Source: an uncultured virus (IMG/VR IMGVR_UViG_3300025129_000011) (Duplodnaviria > Heunggongvirae > Uroviricota > Caudoviricetes). Taken from it: 20,000 nt of DNA. The first letter of the stretch is position 1. Each line of letters opens with the position of its first letter. Of the stretch, positions 1 to 9,534 are shown one piece after another. Below the pieces are notes generated by a model. It searched no databases and was not told the origin of the DNA. It worked only from the letters and a program-made list of their open reading frames with translations. Where the stretch lies: IMG/VR virus record IMGVR_UViG_3300025129_000011. One strand, given 5' to 3'. The position numbers and the translations under genes are program-made.

Positions 1-447
1 ACCATGAATTTTTTTAGCTTTAGTTATAAAAATTTTGGTATCTAATTTAGCAGTTCCACCACAATATTTACACCCTTTACCTTTTATATGATTATCAGGT
101 ATTTGTTGAAATTCACCATGTTTAGGACAAATTATTATAACTTTATTCTTATTTCCAGAGTATTTTACTTTAGAATAATTATATCTATCACCATGAATTT
201 TTTTAGATTCATTTATAAATTCTTCATTTGTTTTTAATTGAGATAACCCAAATTCTATATTTTTACATTTTGGACAACCTTGATTTCTATTTAAATGGTG
301 CACTGGGGTTTTATAAAATTCACCATGTTTAGGGCAAACTATAATAACTTTATCATTATTTCTAACATACACTACTTTAGAATAATCATATCTATCACCA
401 TGAATTTTTTTAGATTCATTTATAAATTTTTTAGTTGTTTTTTTCAT
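1..447 (-). CDS. DUF723-like zinc-ribbon repeat protein, probable free-standing homing endonuclease (3' end outside window)
   Basis: Absent from the ORF track; translated by hand from ATG at 447, open to base 1: MKKTTKKFINESKKIHGDRYDYSKVVY...VIIVCPKHGEF...HHLNRNQGCPKC...FINESKKIHGDRYNYSKV...IICPKHGEFQQIPDNHIKGKGCKYC...FITKAKKIHG. Two full CPxHG...H...GCxxC repeats plus the start of a third. No nuclease domain is visible in the window. Confidence 0.8.
   Translation of the reverse strand, partial: MKKTTKKFINESKKIHGDRYDYSKVVYVRNNDKVIIVCPKHGEFYKTPVHHLNRNQGCPKCKNIEFGLSQLKTNEEFINESKKIHGDRYNYSKVKYSGNKNKVIIICPKHGEFQQIPDNHIKGKGCKYCGGTAKLDTKIFITKAKKIHG
181..428. repeat. 41-bp exact direct repeat (181-221 and 388-428) underlying the DUF723-like protein repeats
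   Basis: ATATCTATCACCATGAATTTTTTTAGATTCATTTATAAATT occurs twice, 207 bp (69 codons) apart; a partial third copy lies at 1-17. Confidence 0.9.
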
Positions 448-464
448 ACCTATTTAAATATACC

Positions 465-472
465 ATAAATAT
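465..472 (-). promoter_or_regulatory. Candidate phage promoter motif ATATTTAT for the leftward gene
   Basis: ATAAATAT on + is ATATTTAT on -, with 17 nt between it and the ATG at 447. Confidence 0.45.
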
Positions 473-530
473 ACTAAAAAATAATTAAAAAACCTAATTT
501 ACTTTATTTTTTATAAAAATTATTTATCTT

Positions 531-538
531 ATATTTAT
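531..538 (+). promoter_or_regulatory. Candidate late promoter motif ATATTTAT
   Basis: 13 nt before the ATG at 552; same motif and similar spacing before 2431, 16848 and 18605. Confidence 0.55.
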
Positions 539-551
539 AATAAAACAAATT

Positions 552-2369
552 ATGAGTAAAGGAATTGCATATTCAAGTAGAAATTTTGCTGATGTAAGAA
601 CAGAATTAATAGATTTTGTAAAACAATATTACCCTGATATTTTATCGGATTTCAATGATGCATCTATTGGTATGCTTTTAATTGAGTTAAATGCTGCGGT
701 TAGTGACATGCTTTCAGTAAACACTGATAGAATGTTTCAGGAAACTCAAATTGACTACGCACAACAAAGAAGTTCAGTATTATCAATGGCTAGAACTTTT
801 GGTCTTAAAATTCCAGCTAAAAGGCCATCTATAAGTATCGTAGATTTTTCAGTTACTGTTCCAGTACTTGGAGATTCATTTGATGTTAGATATGCGCCTT
901 TAGTTAGAGTTGGCGCACAAGTAGCTGGTGGTGGTAAAGTGTTTGAAACGATAGATGATATTGATTTCTCAAATCCTTTTACTACAGGTGGTTTACCTAA
1001 TAGGTTAATAATACCTAATTTAGATAGCAACAATAACATCACCAACTATACATTAACAAAAAGAGAAATAGTTTTAAATGGTATTACTAAAACATTTAAG
1101 AAAACAATTTCAACTTCGGATGTAGTACCTTTTTATGAATTGGTATTACCAGATAACGATATTTTATCAATTACTTCAATTATAACGAAAAATGGCACTT
1201 CATATTCAACTGAACCAACCATTGATGAATTTTTAAATTTTGATAATAGATGGTTTGAAGTTGATGCTTTAGCTGAAGACACTAAATTTATTGAAGATGT
1301 AAATGCTAGTTCAGATAATGCTGGTATTCGACCAGGTAAATGGGTTAGAATTACTAGAAAATTTATAAAAGAATATACAGACAATGGCTTTATAAAAATA
1401 ATTTTTGGTGGTGGCAGTTCAGATGTGACATCCTTATCAGAATTTAATGTTAATGGTTCATTAACAGATAGAATAGGTGATTTCATCAATAACTTATCAT
1501 TGGGTGAAACTCTTAAAGCTGGAACAACATTATTTGTGCAGTATAGAGTCGGTGGTGGCTCAAACACAAATTTAGGTTCTAACACAATCACTACAACTAA
1601 TTTGATTAATATGTTTATTAATGGGCCAATCGATGCAACCAACAATTCAGTTAGGCAATCATTAACAGTTAATAATCCAGTTCCAGCATTAGGTGGTAGA
1701 GATGAACCTACAGTTGATGAAATTAGAAATTTAGTTAGATATAATTTCGCTTCACAAAATAGAGCGGTAACAATTAAAGATTATCAAGCTAGAGTTAGTC
1801 TTATGCCTGGTGAATTTGGTGTTCCTTTTAGAACTGGTGTCTTTGAAGAACAAAACAAGATATTAATTTATATTCTAGGTTTAGATGGTAGTAGTAAATT
1901 AACCAATTCATCAACTAGCACGTTAAAACAAAATATTTCCAATTATTTAGCTGATTATCGAATGTTGAATGATTATGTAGCCATTGCTGATGGCCAAATC
2001 GTTAATCTAGGGTTTGAATTTGATTTATTGGTAGAAAAAGATTACCCACAATCACAAATCATTTCAAATGTAATTAATAATGTAAAAGATTTCATGGATA
2101 TTAATAAACATCATATGGGTGAAAATATCTATTTGGGTCAATTGATTGAAAATGTAAATAATGTTGGTGGGGTAACCAACGTAATAGATATTAGAGTTTT
2201 TAACAAAGTAGGTGAAGGAAAATATTCAATGAATGAAATTGAACAACCTTATGTAGATACTACCACAAGACAAATTATGGTTTCAGATGAATACACATTA
2301 TTCGGAAATCCTAAAAGTATGTTTGAAGTCCGTTTCCCAGAGAAAGATATCCGCATCCGTGTGAAGTAA
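552..2369 (+). CDS. Baseplate wedge subunit (T4 gp6 / P2 gpJ-like)
   Basis: 605 aa. N-terminal 'RNFADVRTELIDFVKQYYP..SDFNDASIGMLLIEL...AQQRSSVLSMARTFGL', internal 'VQYRVGGG..TN', and 'ALGGRDEPTVDEIR...FASQNRAVTIKDY' are characteristic of gp6/J-like wedge proteins. Confidence 0.88.
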   Translation: MSKGIAYSSRNFADVRTELIDFVKQYYPDILSDFNDASIGMLLIELNAAVSDMLSVNTDRMFQETQIDYAQQRSSVLSMARTFGLKIPAKRPSISIVDFSVTVPVLGDSFDVRYAPLVRVGAQVAGGGKVFETIDDIDFSNPFTTGGLPNRLIIPNLDSNNNITNYTLTKREIVLNGITKTFKKTISTSDVVPFYELVLPDNDILSITSIITKNGTSYSTEPTIDEFLNFDNRWFEVDALAEDTKFIEDVNASSDNAGIRPGKWVRITRKFIKEYTDNGFIKIIFGGGSSDVTSLSEFNVNGSLTDRIGDFINNLSLGETLKAGTTLFVQYRVGGGSNTNLGSNTITTTNLINMFINGPIDATNNSVRQSLTVNNPVPALGGRDEPTVDEIRNLVRYNFASQNRAVTIKDYQARVSLMPGEFGVPFRTGVFEEQNKILIYILGLDGSSKLTNSSTSTLKQNISNYLADYRMLNDYVAIADGQIVNLGFEFDLLVEKDYPQSQIISNVINNVKDFMDINKHHMGENIYLGQLIENVNNVGGVTNVIDIRVFNKVGEGKYSMNEIEQPYVDTTTRQIMVSDEYTLFGNPKSMFEVRFPEKDIRIRVK

Positions 2370-2408
2370 TTTATTTCACACATGATAATTGTTTTTTATA
2401 AATTTTTG

Positions 2409-2416
2409 ATATTTAT
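2409..2416 (+). promoter_or_regulatory. Candidate late promoter motif ATATTTAT
   Basis: 14 nt before the ATG at 2431, in a 61-nt intergenic gap. Confidence 0.5.
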
Positions 2417-2430
2417 TAATAAATAAAAAA

Positions 2431-3327
2431 ATGAAGTGTAGTGAATGTAGTAATAAAGTGCAAAAATTTGGCAAAGTTAATAATGAACAAAGATATTTTT
2501 GTGTTAAATGTAATAAAACATTTTCAAAAAAATCAATTAAAAGGGAAGTAGAACGTAAAGAAAAATATGAAAGAATTAAAAAAATGTATATAGAAGATAA
2601 TTTATCTACAATTGAAATTGCTAAAATATTAGGTGTTAGTTCCACAGTACCACAGAGAATTATTAAAAAAATGGGAATATCTAAAACAATAAGTGAAGCT
2701 AAAAAAGGTAAGGTTAGAATAAGTAAATTACCAGCACAAAAAATAATCAATTTTTATTTAGATGGTGATTCATCAATAGAAATAAGTGAAAAATTAAATA
2801 TATCTAAAAGGTCAGTATTAAATATTTTAGAAAAACATGGAATTGAAAGAAATAATATTTATGAATATAAACATGATAAGATTGATGAAATTAAAAAATT
2901 ATATTTAAATGGAAATTCAATGAATAAGGTTAGTGAAAAATTAAATATACCTTATACTACAATTAACACTAATTTACATAAATTGGGTATTGTAAGAACC
3001 GAGGATAAATTTAGAATTGGTATTAATTATGAAGAATATTTAGAAGTATTACCAGCTTTTAAAAAATATAGAAGTGATGTTATGAAAATTACAAATAAAC
3101 AAAAAATATATAAATTGGTTAATTTTGATAGAAGGGGTTTATGCGGTGTTGATGGTGTGTACCAATTAGACCATAAATTTTCAATTTTAGAAGGTTTTAA
3201 ACAAGGTATTGAACCAGAAATTATTGGTGATATTAAAAATTTAGAATTTATTCCTTGGGAAGAAAATTTAAACAAAGGGTCAAAATGTTCAATAACGGAA
3301 AAAGAATTAAGAAAGGGAGTAAAATAA
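2431..3327 (+). CDS. Putative free-standing HNH homing endonuclease (Zn ribbon + 3 HTH repeats + HNH-like C-terminus)
   Basis: 298 aa, Lys-rich. N-terminal CxxC...RYFCxxC; three 'I..(M/F/L)Y....S...I/V...L.(V/I)S/P........L/I.K.GI' HTH-like repeats; C-terminal 'YQLDHKFS...KNLEFIPWEENLNK' fits the DH...N...N beta-beta-alpha-metal pattern. Confidence 0.75.
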   Translation: MKCSECSNKVQKFGKVNNEQRYFCVKCNKTFSKKSIKREVERKEKYERIKKMYIEDNLSTIEIAKILGVSSTVPQRIIKKMGISKTISEAKKGKVRISKLPAQKIINFYLDGDSSIEISEKLNISKRSVLNILEKHGIERNNIYEYKHDKIDEIKKLYLNGNSMNKVSEKLNIPYTTINTNLHKLGIVRTEDKFRIGINYEEYLEVLPAFKKYRSDVMKITNKQKIYKLVNFDRRGLCGVDGVYQLDHKFSILEGFKQGIEPEIIGDIKNLEFIPWEENLNKGSKCSITEKELRKGVK

Positions 3328-3333
3328 AAAGTT

Positions 3334-3660
3334 ATGGGATGTGGATGTAAAGGTGATAAAGTTTCACCACAAATAGAAAACGAAGAAAAAACTAAATTAA
3401 CATTAGGTGGTCAATTATTAAAAATACTAACCATAATTTTATTAAGTATTTTGATAATTGTGTTATCACCAATATTACTTATTATTTCTTGGTATATTGC
3501 ATTTAGAGCGGTATTTAGTGATAATTTTAATATTGTAAATTTCATATTAAAGCATTTTACAATTCTCTATTCTGATAAAGAATTTAATAAAGATGATTTT
3601 AATGAGCAAGAATTTAATGAAGACAATTATGAAATTGTTGGTGTAGATGTAATAAAATAA
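3334..3660 (+). CDS. Small membrane protein with N-terminal MGCGC motif and acidic C-terminus, function unknown
   Basis: 108 aa with a ~34-residue hydrophobic stretch (LLKILTIILLSILIIVLSPILLIISWYIAFRAVF); packed with 6-nt and 4-nt gaps to its neighbours. Confidence 0.7.
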   Translation: MGCGCKGDKVSPQIENEEKTKLTLGGQLLKILTIILLSILIIVLSPILLIISWYIAFRAVFSDNFNIVNFILKHFTILYSDKEFNKDDFNEQEFNEDNYEIVGVDVIK

Positions 3661-3664
3661 ATAA

Positions 3665-6600
3665 ATGTCAAAAAATATAAGAATACGTACAACCCCTAAT
3701 GGTGGTGATAACCATGTAAAAATTCAATTAAATCAAGATTTTGATTTTCTTGAAATTTTATCTTTAAAAATATCACAAGAAGATGTATACCGTAGTTTTT
3801 ACTCAGACTATGGTGTTGTTGTTGGGCGTGTTATTATGAATAGTGGTGTTGGTGTACCTAATGCTAGAATTTCGATATTCATCCCACTTACAGATGATGA
3901 TGCAGCCAACGAGCAAATAGCTCAATTATATCCATATAAAGATTTACAAGATGTTAATTCTGATGGTATTAGATATAACACTTTACCTAAAGATGCTCAA
4001 GGTGAATGTCACGTACCTATTGGTACATTCCCAACAAAAAGAGAATTAGTTGATAATGAAGAGCTAATGTCTATTTATGAAAAATATTATAAATACACTA
4101 CTACAACAAATGATGCTGGTGATTTTATGTTATTTGGAGTTCCAGTTGGAAATCATATTGTGAATGTTGATGTGGATTTATCTGATATTGGTATATTTTC
4201 TCAAAGACCTTATGATTTTATAGAGCAAGGAAATCCTGAACGTTTGTTTGATTCCCCAACTAAATTTAGAACTAATACAAATTTAAATAATTTAACGCAA
4301 ATTAAAAATAGACAAGTAGGTATTAATGTAATACCATTTTGGGGTGAAAAGGAAAGTAATGAAGTTGGAATATCAAGAATTGATGTTGATTTAAATTATA
4401 ATATTAAACCTAAAGCTATTTTTATGGGCTCTATTTTTGGGGATAATGAAAAAAATAGTGTTAATAAAACTTGTACCCCTAGAAAAAAATTAGGTAGAAT
4501 TTGTGAAATTAATGAAGGTGAAGGTTCAATTCAAATGTTAAGAAAAAATTTATTTGGACTTAATGAAAGATTTGATGTTGATGGCGGTAGGGTTATAAAT
4601 GAAAATGGTAGTTGGGCTTATCAAATACCCATGAATTTAGATTATGTGGTTACCAATGAATTTGGTGATTTAGTAAAAACTGAAGATACAACTAGGGGAA
4701 TTGCGACTAGAGCTAGTGTTCGTTTTAAAATAAATATGGATGAAACTGGTGACGAAGGGCGATTAAGGAGTAGGGCCAAATTTTTAGTACCTCACAACCC
4801 ATCGACTACAAACGAAATTGATTATTCTTTTGATGAATCAACTCCCGATACGCAATTTACTGATATATATTGGAATAAAATTTATACTGTTAAAAACTTC
4901 GTTTCTAGATTTCAAAGCAACGATAATAAACAAAATAGAAATTTTGTTGGTTTTAAAGATGTTGATAATTGTGTTGGGTCTAAATCACCATTACCATTTA
5001 ATACAATAGATGGGGATTGGAACCCATTGTTTGTTGTGTTATGTATTATTATTGAAATAATCGTAACTTTAGCTAGAATTCTAGCTATTGTTAAAAAAGT
5101 TAGGCTACCATGTGACGGCACTAACATTAGAATTAGGGCGAGCTCATCAAAGGGGGCTAGGCAATGGACAAAATGTACGAAATTAAACTTAGCTGAATCA
5201 TTAAATGTTTATGAAATGGATTTTTATAATGATTGGTTAAATGGGTCGTTATACGCCTATTTATTCAAATATAAACGTAAAAAAAGTGATGAAAAATTCT
5301 GTGGTGATGGAGATGGAGATGGAACTAATAAAGTAATAAATAGTAATTCATTTACGCATTATGCTTCACAGGGTGTACAATCAGCTAATGTCACAAAAGG
5401 GTTAATTGCTAGTTATGAAGGTGAATTATTTTATAAACCTATGTCACCAGAAGGTTGGAAATTATACCCAACTGATTTACATTTTTTAGGTTCAGTTTTT
5501 AATTGTGATTGGCAAGCTAAACCAAAAATTAACCAAAAATTAACTCCAACAACATATGAATTTCCAAGTTGGACAGATGTAAGTTTATTATTTGATTTAA
5601 CTTGTCTTGGTGGAGTTAAAATCAATCAAAGAAATTCTATAAACATTAGAAGGATGTGTGAGATTGGGGTTGACATTAATGAAAATACTGATAATGAAAT
5701 TAATGAAGAAGATTTGAAGGATGCGTTAGTTAGAAATCAATTAATGATATTAAATGATGATATTTTTAGAGGTTTAGATGTAACTCAAGTGGATTCATTG
5801 TTTACATCAAATGATTATATAGATTATAGATTATATGATTCATCTAAAAGTCTATATCAATCTAATGGCAACTCATTTTATTATTATTTCGGTAGTAAGC
5901 CAAATAATACAGCACTTGATTTAATGAATTCAAGGTATTTCACTGATTGTACTAGAATAGTAAAAAGTAATATTACTATTTTAGGTGTTGTTACTAATGT
6001 ATCAACAATTAATGGTAGTAATGGGTCTATTAATGTTACAGTAAATGGTGGTATACCTGATTATACTTATACATGGTATGATTTAGCTGGTCAAAGGGAT
6101 GGGAATGGTCAATTATTACCAATAAGTGTTTCAACTGAGTCACCAGACATCGCTAATTTAAGTGGTGGTACATATTATATTATAGTAACGGATGATAATG
6201 GTACTGGTACACAAGTTAAAAAAACCTTTATAGTTGAAAATCTTAAACCATTATCCGCTAATATAACAACTATTAATACGAATGCAGCAGGTGCATTCAA
6301 TGGTAAAATAAAAATTCAATCAATTACGGGTGGTGTTAAACCTTATGATGTGGAAATAACAGGGCCAATATCAACTCCATTGATTTTTAATGACATTTCT
6401 TATTCATTATTAGTAGAAGGGTTAAGAGATGGCACATATATAGTTAAAATAACAGATAACACTGGAAGTGTAGTAACATATAGCGTAGTTATAAGTATAC
6501 CTGATACAATATCAGTCAATTTAATATCAATATCTGACCCAAGTTGTATTGGTTTTGGTGATGGTAGTCTTGTAATTCAAATTAATGGTGGTACGCCAGA

Positions 6601-6985
6601 TTTTAGTGTTCAACTTACTGATGGAGTTTCAACATATCAACCTAATAATACAGGTGATACTATATATACATTTACTAACTTAACACCAAATCCCCAAACA
6701 TTAACCGTGGTTGATTTATATGGTCAAACATTAACTAGAAATTATACAATAAATGAACCTCTTGAATTAGTTTTAACTTGGGATAGTTTAGGTACAACTT
6801 CCAGACGATTTACACTTTCAAATACAATTATTGGTATAGAATATAATTTTGAAGACGATGGTGGTAATATTTTTGAAACAATAGTGGCTACTAGCAATAC
6901 AATTGTTTTTACTAAAGTACCATTCACTAATGTAACGGGTGTACAAGCTATAAGTCAATATGGTTGTACAAGTAATATTTTATAA
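3665..6985 (+). CDS. Large putative virion/baseplate-associated protein: carboxypeptidase-regulatory-like beta domain, central hydrophobic helix, C-terminal SprB-like repeats
   Basis: 1106 aa. 'VVGRVIMNSGVGVPNARISI...TTTNDAGDFMLFGVPVGNHIVNV' near the N-terminus; three 'GSI.V...GG..(P/D)Y' repeats near the C-terminus; located in the baseplate cluster. Confidence 0.65.
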   Translation: MSKNIRIRTTPNGGDNHVKIQLNQDFDFLEILSLKISQEDVYRSFYSDYGVVVGRVIMNSGVGVPNARISIFIPLTDDDAANEQIAQLYPYKDLQDVNSDGIRYNTLPKDAQGECHVPIGTFPTKRELVDNEELMSIYEKYYKYTTTTNDAGDFMLFGVPVGNHIVNVDVDLSDIGIFSQRPYDFIEQGNPERLFDSPTKFRTNTNLNNLTQIKNRQVGINVIPFWGEKESNEVGISRIDVDLNYNIKPKAIFMGSIFGDNEKNSVNKTCTPRKKLGRICEINEGEGSIQMLRKNLFGLNERFDVDGGRVINENGSWAYQIPMNLDYVVTNEFGDLVKTEDTTRGIATRASVRFKINMDETGDEGRLRSRAKFLVPHNPSTTNEIDYSFDESTPDTQFTDIYWNKIYTVKNFVSRFQSNDNKQNRNFVGFKDVDNCVGSKSPLPFNTIDGDWNPLFVVLCIIIEIIVTLARILAIVKKVRLPCDGTNIRIRASSSKGARQWTKCTKLNLAESLNVYEMDFYNDWLNGSLYAYLFKYKRKKSDEKFCGDGDGDGTNKVINSNSFTHYASQGVQSANVTKGLIASYEGELFYKPMSPEGWKLYPTDLHFLGSVFNCDWQAKPKINQKLTPTTYEFPSWTDVSLLFDLTCLGGVKINQRNSINIRRMCEIGVDINENTDNEINEEDLKDALVRNQLMILNDDIFRGLDVTQVDSLFTSNDYIDYRLYDSSKSLYQSNGNSFYYYFGSKPNNTALDLMNSRYFTDCTRIVKSNITILGVVTNVSTINGSNGSINVTVNGGIPDYTYTWYDLAGQRDGNGQLLPISVSTESPDIANLSGGTYYIIVTDDNGTGTQVKKTFIVENLKPLSANITTINTNAAGAFNGKIKIQSITGGVKPYDVEITGPISTPLIFNDISYSLLVEGLRDGTYIVKITDNTGSVVTYSVVISIPDTISVNLISISDPSCIGFGDGSLVIQINGGTPDFSVQLTDGVSTYQPNNTGDTIYTFTNLTPNPQTLTVVDLYGQTLTRNYTINEPLELVLTWDSLGTTSRRFTLSNTIIGIEYNFEDDGGNIFETIVATSNTIVFTKVPFTNVTGVQAISQYGCTSNIL

Positions 6986-6986
6986 T

Positions 6987-8702
6987 ATGGAAGATAAAAA
7001 ATTTAGATTAAATAGTGCATCATCTCAATTGGCAGCCAATGAGGATATTTTTGATAAGATTAATATCGAATCAAAAAGTAATCCAATACCTGTTGGTGAA
7101 ACCAATAAAGTAATAAATTTAGGTGAACAATTTAATCAAGAAAGACAAAATTCTAAATTATATAGATTAACTGGTACATTTAATACCTTATTTACTAATG
7201 TTCTATTTAATACAACTGGGGCGAATAGTTGGACATCATTTAATAGTACTATTTTTAGGGATGGGACTTTTCCACCAGCAGCGATAATTTCATTAAATGA
7301 TGTTGAAGATTTAACTTATAAAGAAGCGGTTTCTAAATATCTAAAGGAAGAAAACGGTTGGTTTGGTTATTATAATCCAGACCCATCACAAACAACTTTA
7401 TGTACTTGGGTTGATATGGAGCCTAGACGAGAATTATTCTCAATGGCACCTAGAAGTGGAATTAAGAACTGGGAAGTCACGATAACTTACCCATCACCAT
7501 TAGGTAATCGAGTTGGTGATTATAACCATCCAATTGTTAAAGATGGTGGTTTATTGTTAATCGATGTTTCTATCTCAATTATTGGTAATAGAAGTATGTT
7601 AACATTCGCAACACCAGTTAAACATAATTTAGTTCAAGGTGATAGTATTAAATTAAAAGGGTTAAGGTTAGCTAGTAATAGTGGTGCCTTAAGCCCTTAT
7701 AATGGTGAATATAGTGTAATTAGATTAGGTAAAGATAATGGTGATGATATGAACTATTATTTTAGTGTCGATATTGGTGAATTGGTTTCAATAGATACTA
7801 ATTCAAGAATGACTAGGTTAGTGAATGGTAACCCATCGGAATATTATTTTAGGGTTTTTAAAAAAATTAACACAAAAGTTGGTGTTATAGAAAATGACGA
7901 TTATGAAATATATCCGTTAGCGTTTGGACAAACTATTTATGAAGATAAATCATATCAATTTGTATTTAATGAAGATATTGACATAACATCATTAACAGAT
8001 AATAGAGGGAGGCCGTTAAGTGAAATATATATAACTATAATTAAAACAGATAGTGATAATATTTTCACATCCGTAAAATCAGGAGTTAAAATGCCATTTT
8101 TCACCGATAATAATGCGGGAATCTCTGATATAAATAGAATTACAAATAATTTGTCAACAACTCACAATCCTTTACCTGATTCAGATGGTGGTGTTGTAAT
8201 AGATGATGAAAATTTTTATGGTGATGTTGCTGAATATAATATATTAGGTTCCAAGGAAATTATTTTAGGTGAAGTCTACCACAGATTTAATTCAATAAAG
8301 AGAGAAATTAATGCGGCTATTGGCACCGACTCTTTAGGTGTTAGATATGAAGGTTATATGTATAAACCACACCATAAAATTAAAATAAGAGAATACTCAA
8401 ATTATATTGAGCAAGGAACTTATAATACTTTAGATAGGCCAACTTATTCAGATACTCTTGGTGATGGAAGATATTTTTGGAGAGACTTACTAGATATTGG
8501 GTTAAATGACACTAAAAAAACTTATTTAGACTACCCATTTTTAAATGGTTGTCATTACATAAATAGTTCAATTACATTACCGTTGTTTAGACAGGACCCA
8601 TTTGGGTTTTATGGTTTGAGGTGGGATGGTTTTTCACCAGATAGACAAGGTATTTTAATGGAAGATAAATTAATAATTAAAACCTCACAAGATGTCTGTT
8701 AA
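6987..8702 (+). CDS. Hypothetical protein, probably structural (baseplate region)
   Basis: The ORF track starts at 6960, but the in-frame ATG at 6987 (MEDKKFRL) lies 1 nt after the upstream TAA and is the more plausible start. No family recognised; ends in Cys. Confidence 0.6.
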   Translation: MEDKKFRLNSASSQLAANEDIFDKINIESKSNPIPVGETNKVINLGEQFNQERQNSKLYRLTGTFNTLFTNVLFNTTGANSWTSFNSTIFRDGTFPPAAIISLNDVEDLTYKEAVSKYLKEENGWFGYYNPDPSQTTLCTWVDMEPRRELFSMAPRSGIKNWEVTITYPSPLGNRVGDYNHPIVKDGGLLLIDVSISIIGNRSMLTFATPVKHNLVQGDSIKLKGLRLASNSGALSPYNGEYSVIRLGKDNGDDMNYYFSVDIGELVSIDTNSRMTRLVNGNPSEYYFRVFKKINTKVGVIENDDYEIYPLAFGQTIYEDKSYQFVFNEDIDITSLTDNRGRPLSEIYITIIKTDSDNIFTSVKSGVKMPFFTDNNAGISDINRITNNLSTTHNPLPDSDGGVVIDDENFYGDVAEYNILGSKEIILGEVYHRFNSIKREINAAIGTDSLGVRYEGYMYKPHHKIKIREYSNYIEQGTYNTLDRPTYSDTLGDGRYFWRDLLDIGLNDTKKTYLDYPFLNGCHYINSSITLPLFRQDPFGFYGLRWDGFSPDRQGILMEDKLIIKTSQDVC

Positions 8703-9534
8703 TAAGTTTAAAATAAGATTAGTTGATTTCGAAAATACTGATAAATTAAAAATTCCGTTATCATTAGATTTCAATTCAGTAGACCAAGCTGAAATAGTTA
8801 ACAGAGATTTTATTTCGGTTGAAACTGAAAAGGCTATAAATCCAATTGTTGACTATGAGAGGGTTAGGTTTACACCTAAATTAAATAACGGTAATCTAGT
8901 TCAAGATTTAATATTTAAATTAAATTTTCTATTAGATGATTCATACCTATCTCCAACTTATTATGGTAATATTGGATTTACTGATGATGACATACAATTT
9001 AGAAAAAATAGATTTTTAAATTCATTTTTAAAGTTAAGTTTTTATGATTCAGATATTCCAACCAATCAAAATTTAGTATCATATATTACCATTTATTCTA
9101 AAATTACATCGCTTGATATAATAGAATTCACAGATGAATTTGGTAATGTGCGAGTTGGTTCAGGATTACCTGTAAATGCAAATGAATTTTTAGTTAGATT
9201 TATATTAAATAACCCAGTAACAAAACCCGAAGGTTTCGCTGAAGGATTTTATATTTATCACTATAAAAGTGATGTTAATTCTACCACACCAACAGCTTTA
9301 TATATGAGGGCTGAATTTAATAATGCGTCAACAGGTAAAAGCACTAAATTTATTACAACAAATGAATTATTAGATATTAATTCAGTAATTAAAAAATTAC
9401 ATGTAAGGTATTTATTAACAAGGAACGCTACTGGTTATTATTACACGATAGATAATTCTTATAATAATGCGTCAAATATCAATGAAACAACCACTGGCCT
9501 TAATGTAGACTTATACGAAATAAGAGTTGAATAA
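8692..9534 (+). CDS. Hypothetical protein, probably structural
   Basis: 280 aa; 11-nt overlap with the upstream gene and TAATG coupling with the downstream gene. Confidence 0.6.
   Translation: MSVNKFKIRLVDFENTDKLKIPLSLDFNSVDQAEIVNRDFISVETEKAINPIVDYERVRFTPKLNNGNLVQDLIFKLNFLLDDSYLSPTYYGNIGFTDDDIQFRKNRFLNSFLKLSFYDSDIPTNQNLVSYITIYSKITSLDIIEFTDEFGNVRVGSGLPVNANEFLVRFILNNPVTKPEGFAEGFYIYHYKSDVNSTTPTALYMRAEFNNASTGKSTKFITTNELLDINSVIKKLHVRYLLTRNATGYYYTIDNSYNNASNINETTTGLNVDLYEIRVE

Noticed and set aside
1..428. CRISPR-like array from the 41-bp repeats
   Set aside because: The spacing of 207 bp is in frame and the repeats encode protein repeat units.
2431..2530. IS1-family element suggested by the InsA-like Zn ribbon
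   Set aside because: No DDE transposase domain or terminal inverted repeats were seen; the C-terminus is HNH-like.
3334..3351. MGCGCK as a eukaryotic myristoylation/palmitoylation signal implying a eukaryotic virus
   Set aside because: Operonic overlaps and contractile-tail baseplate and fibre genes indicate a bacteriophage.
6960..6986. Start of the 580-aa ORF at 6960
   Set aside because: It overlaps the upstream gene by 26 nt; the ATG at 6987, right after the upstream stop, fits the coupling pattern better.
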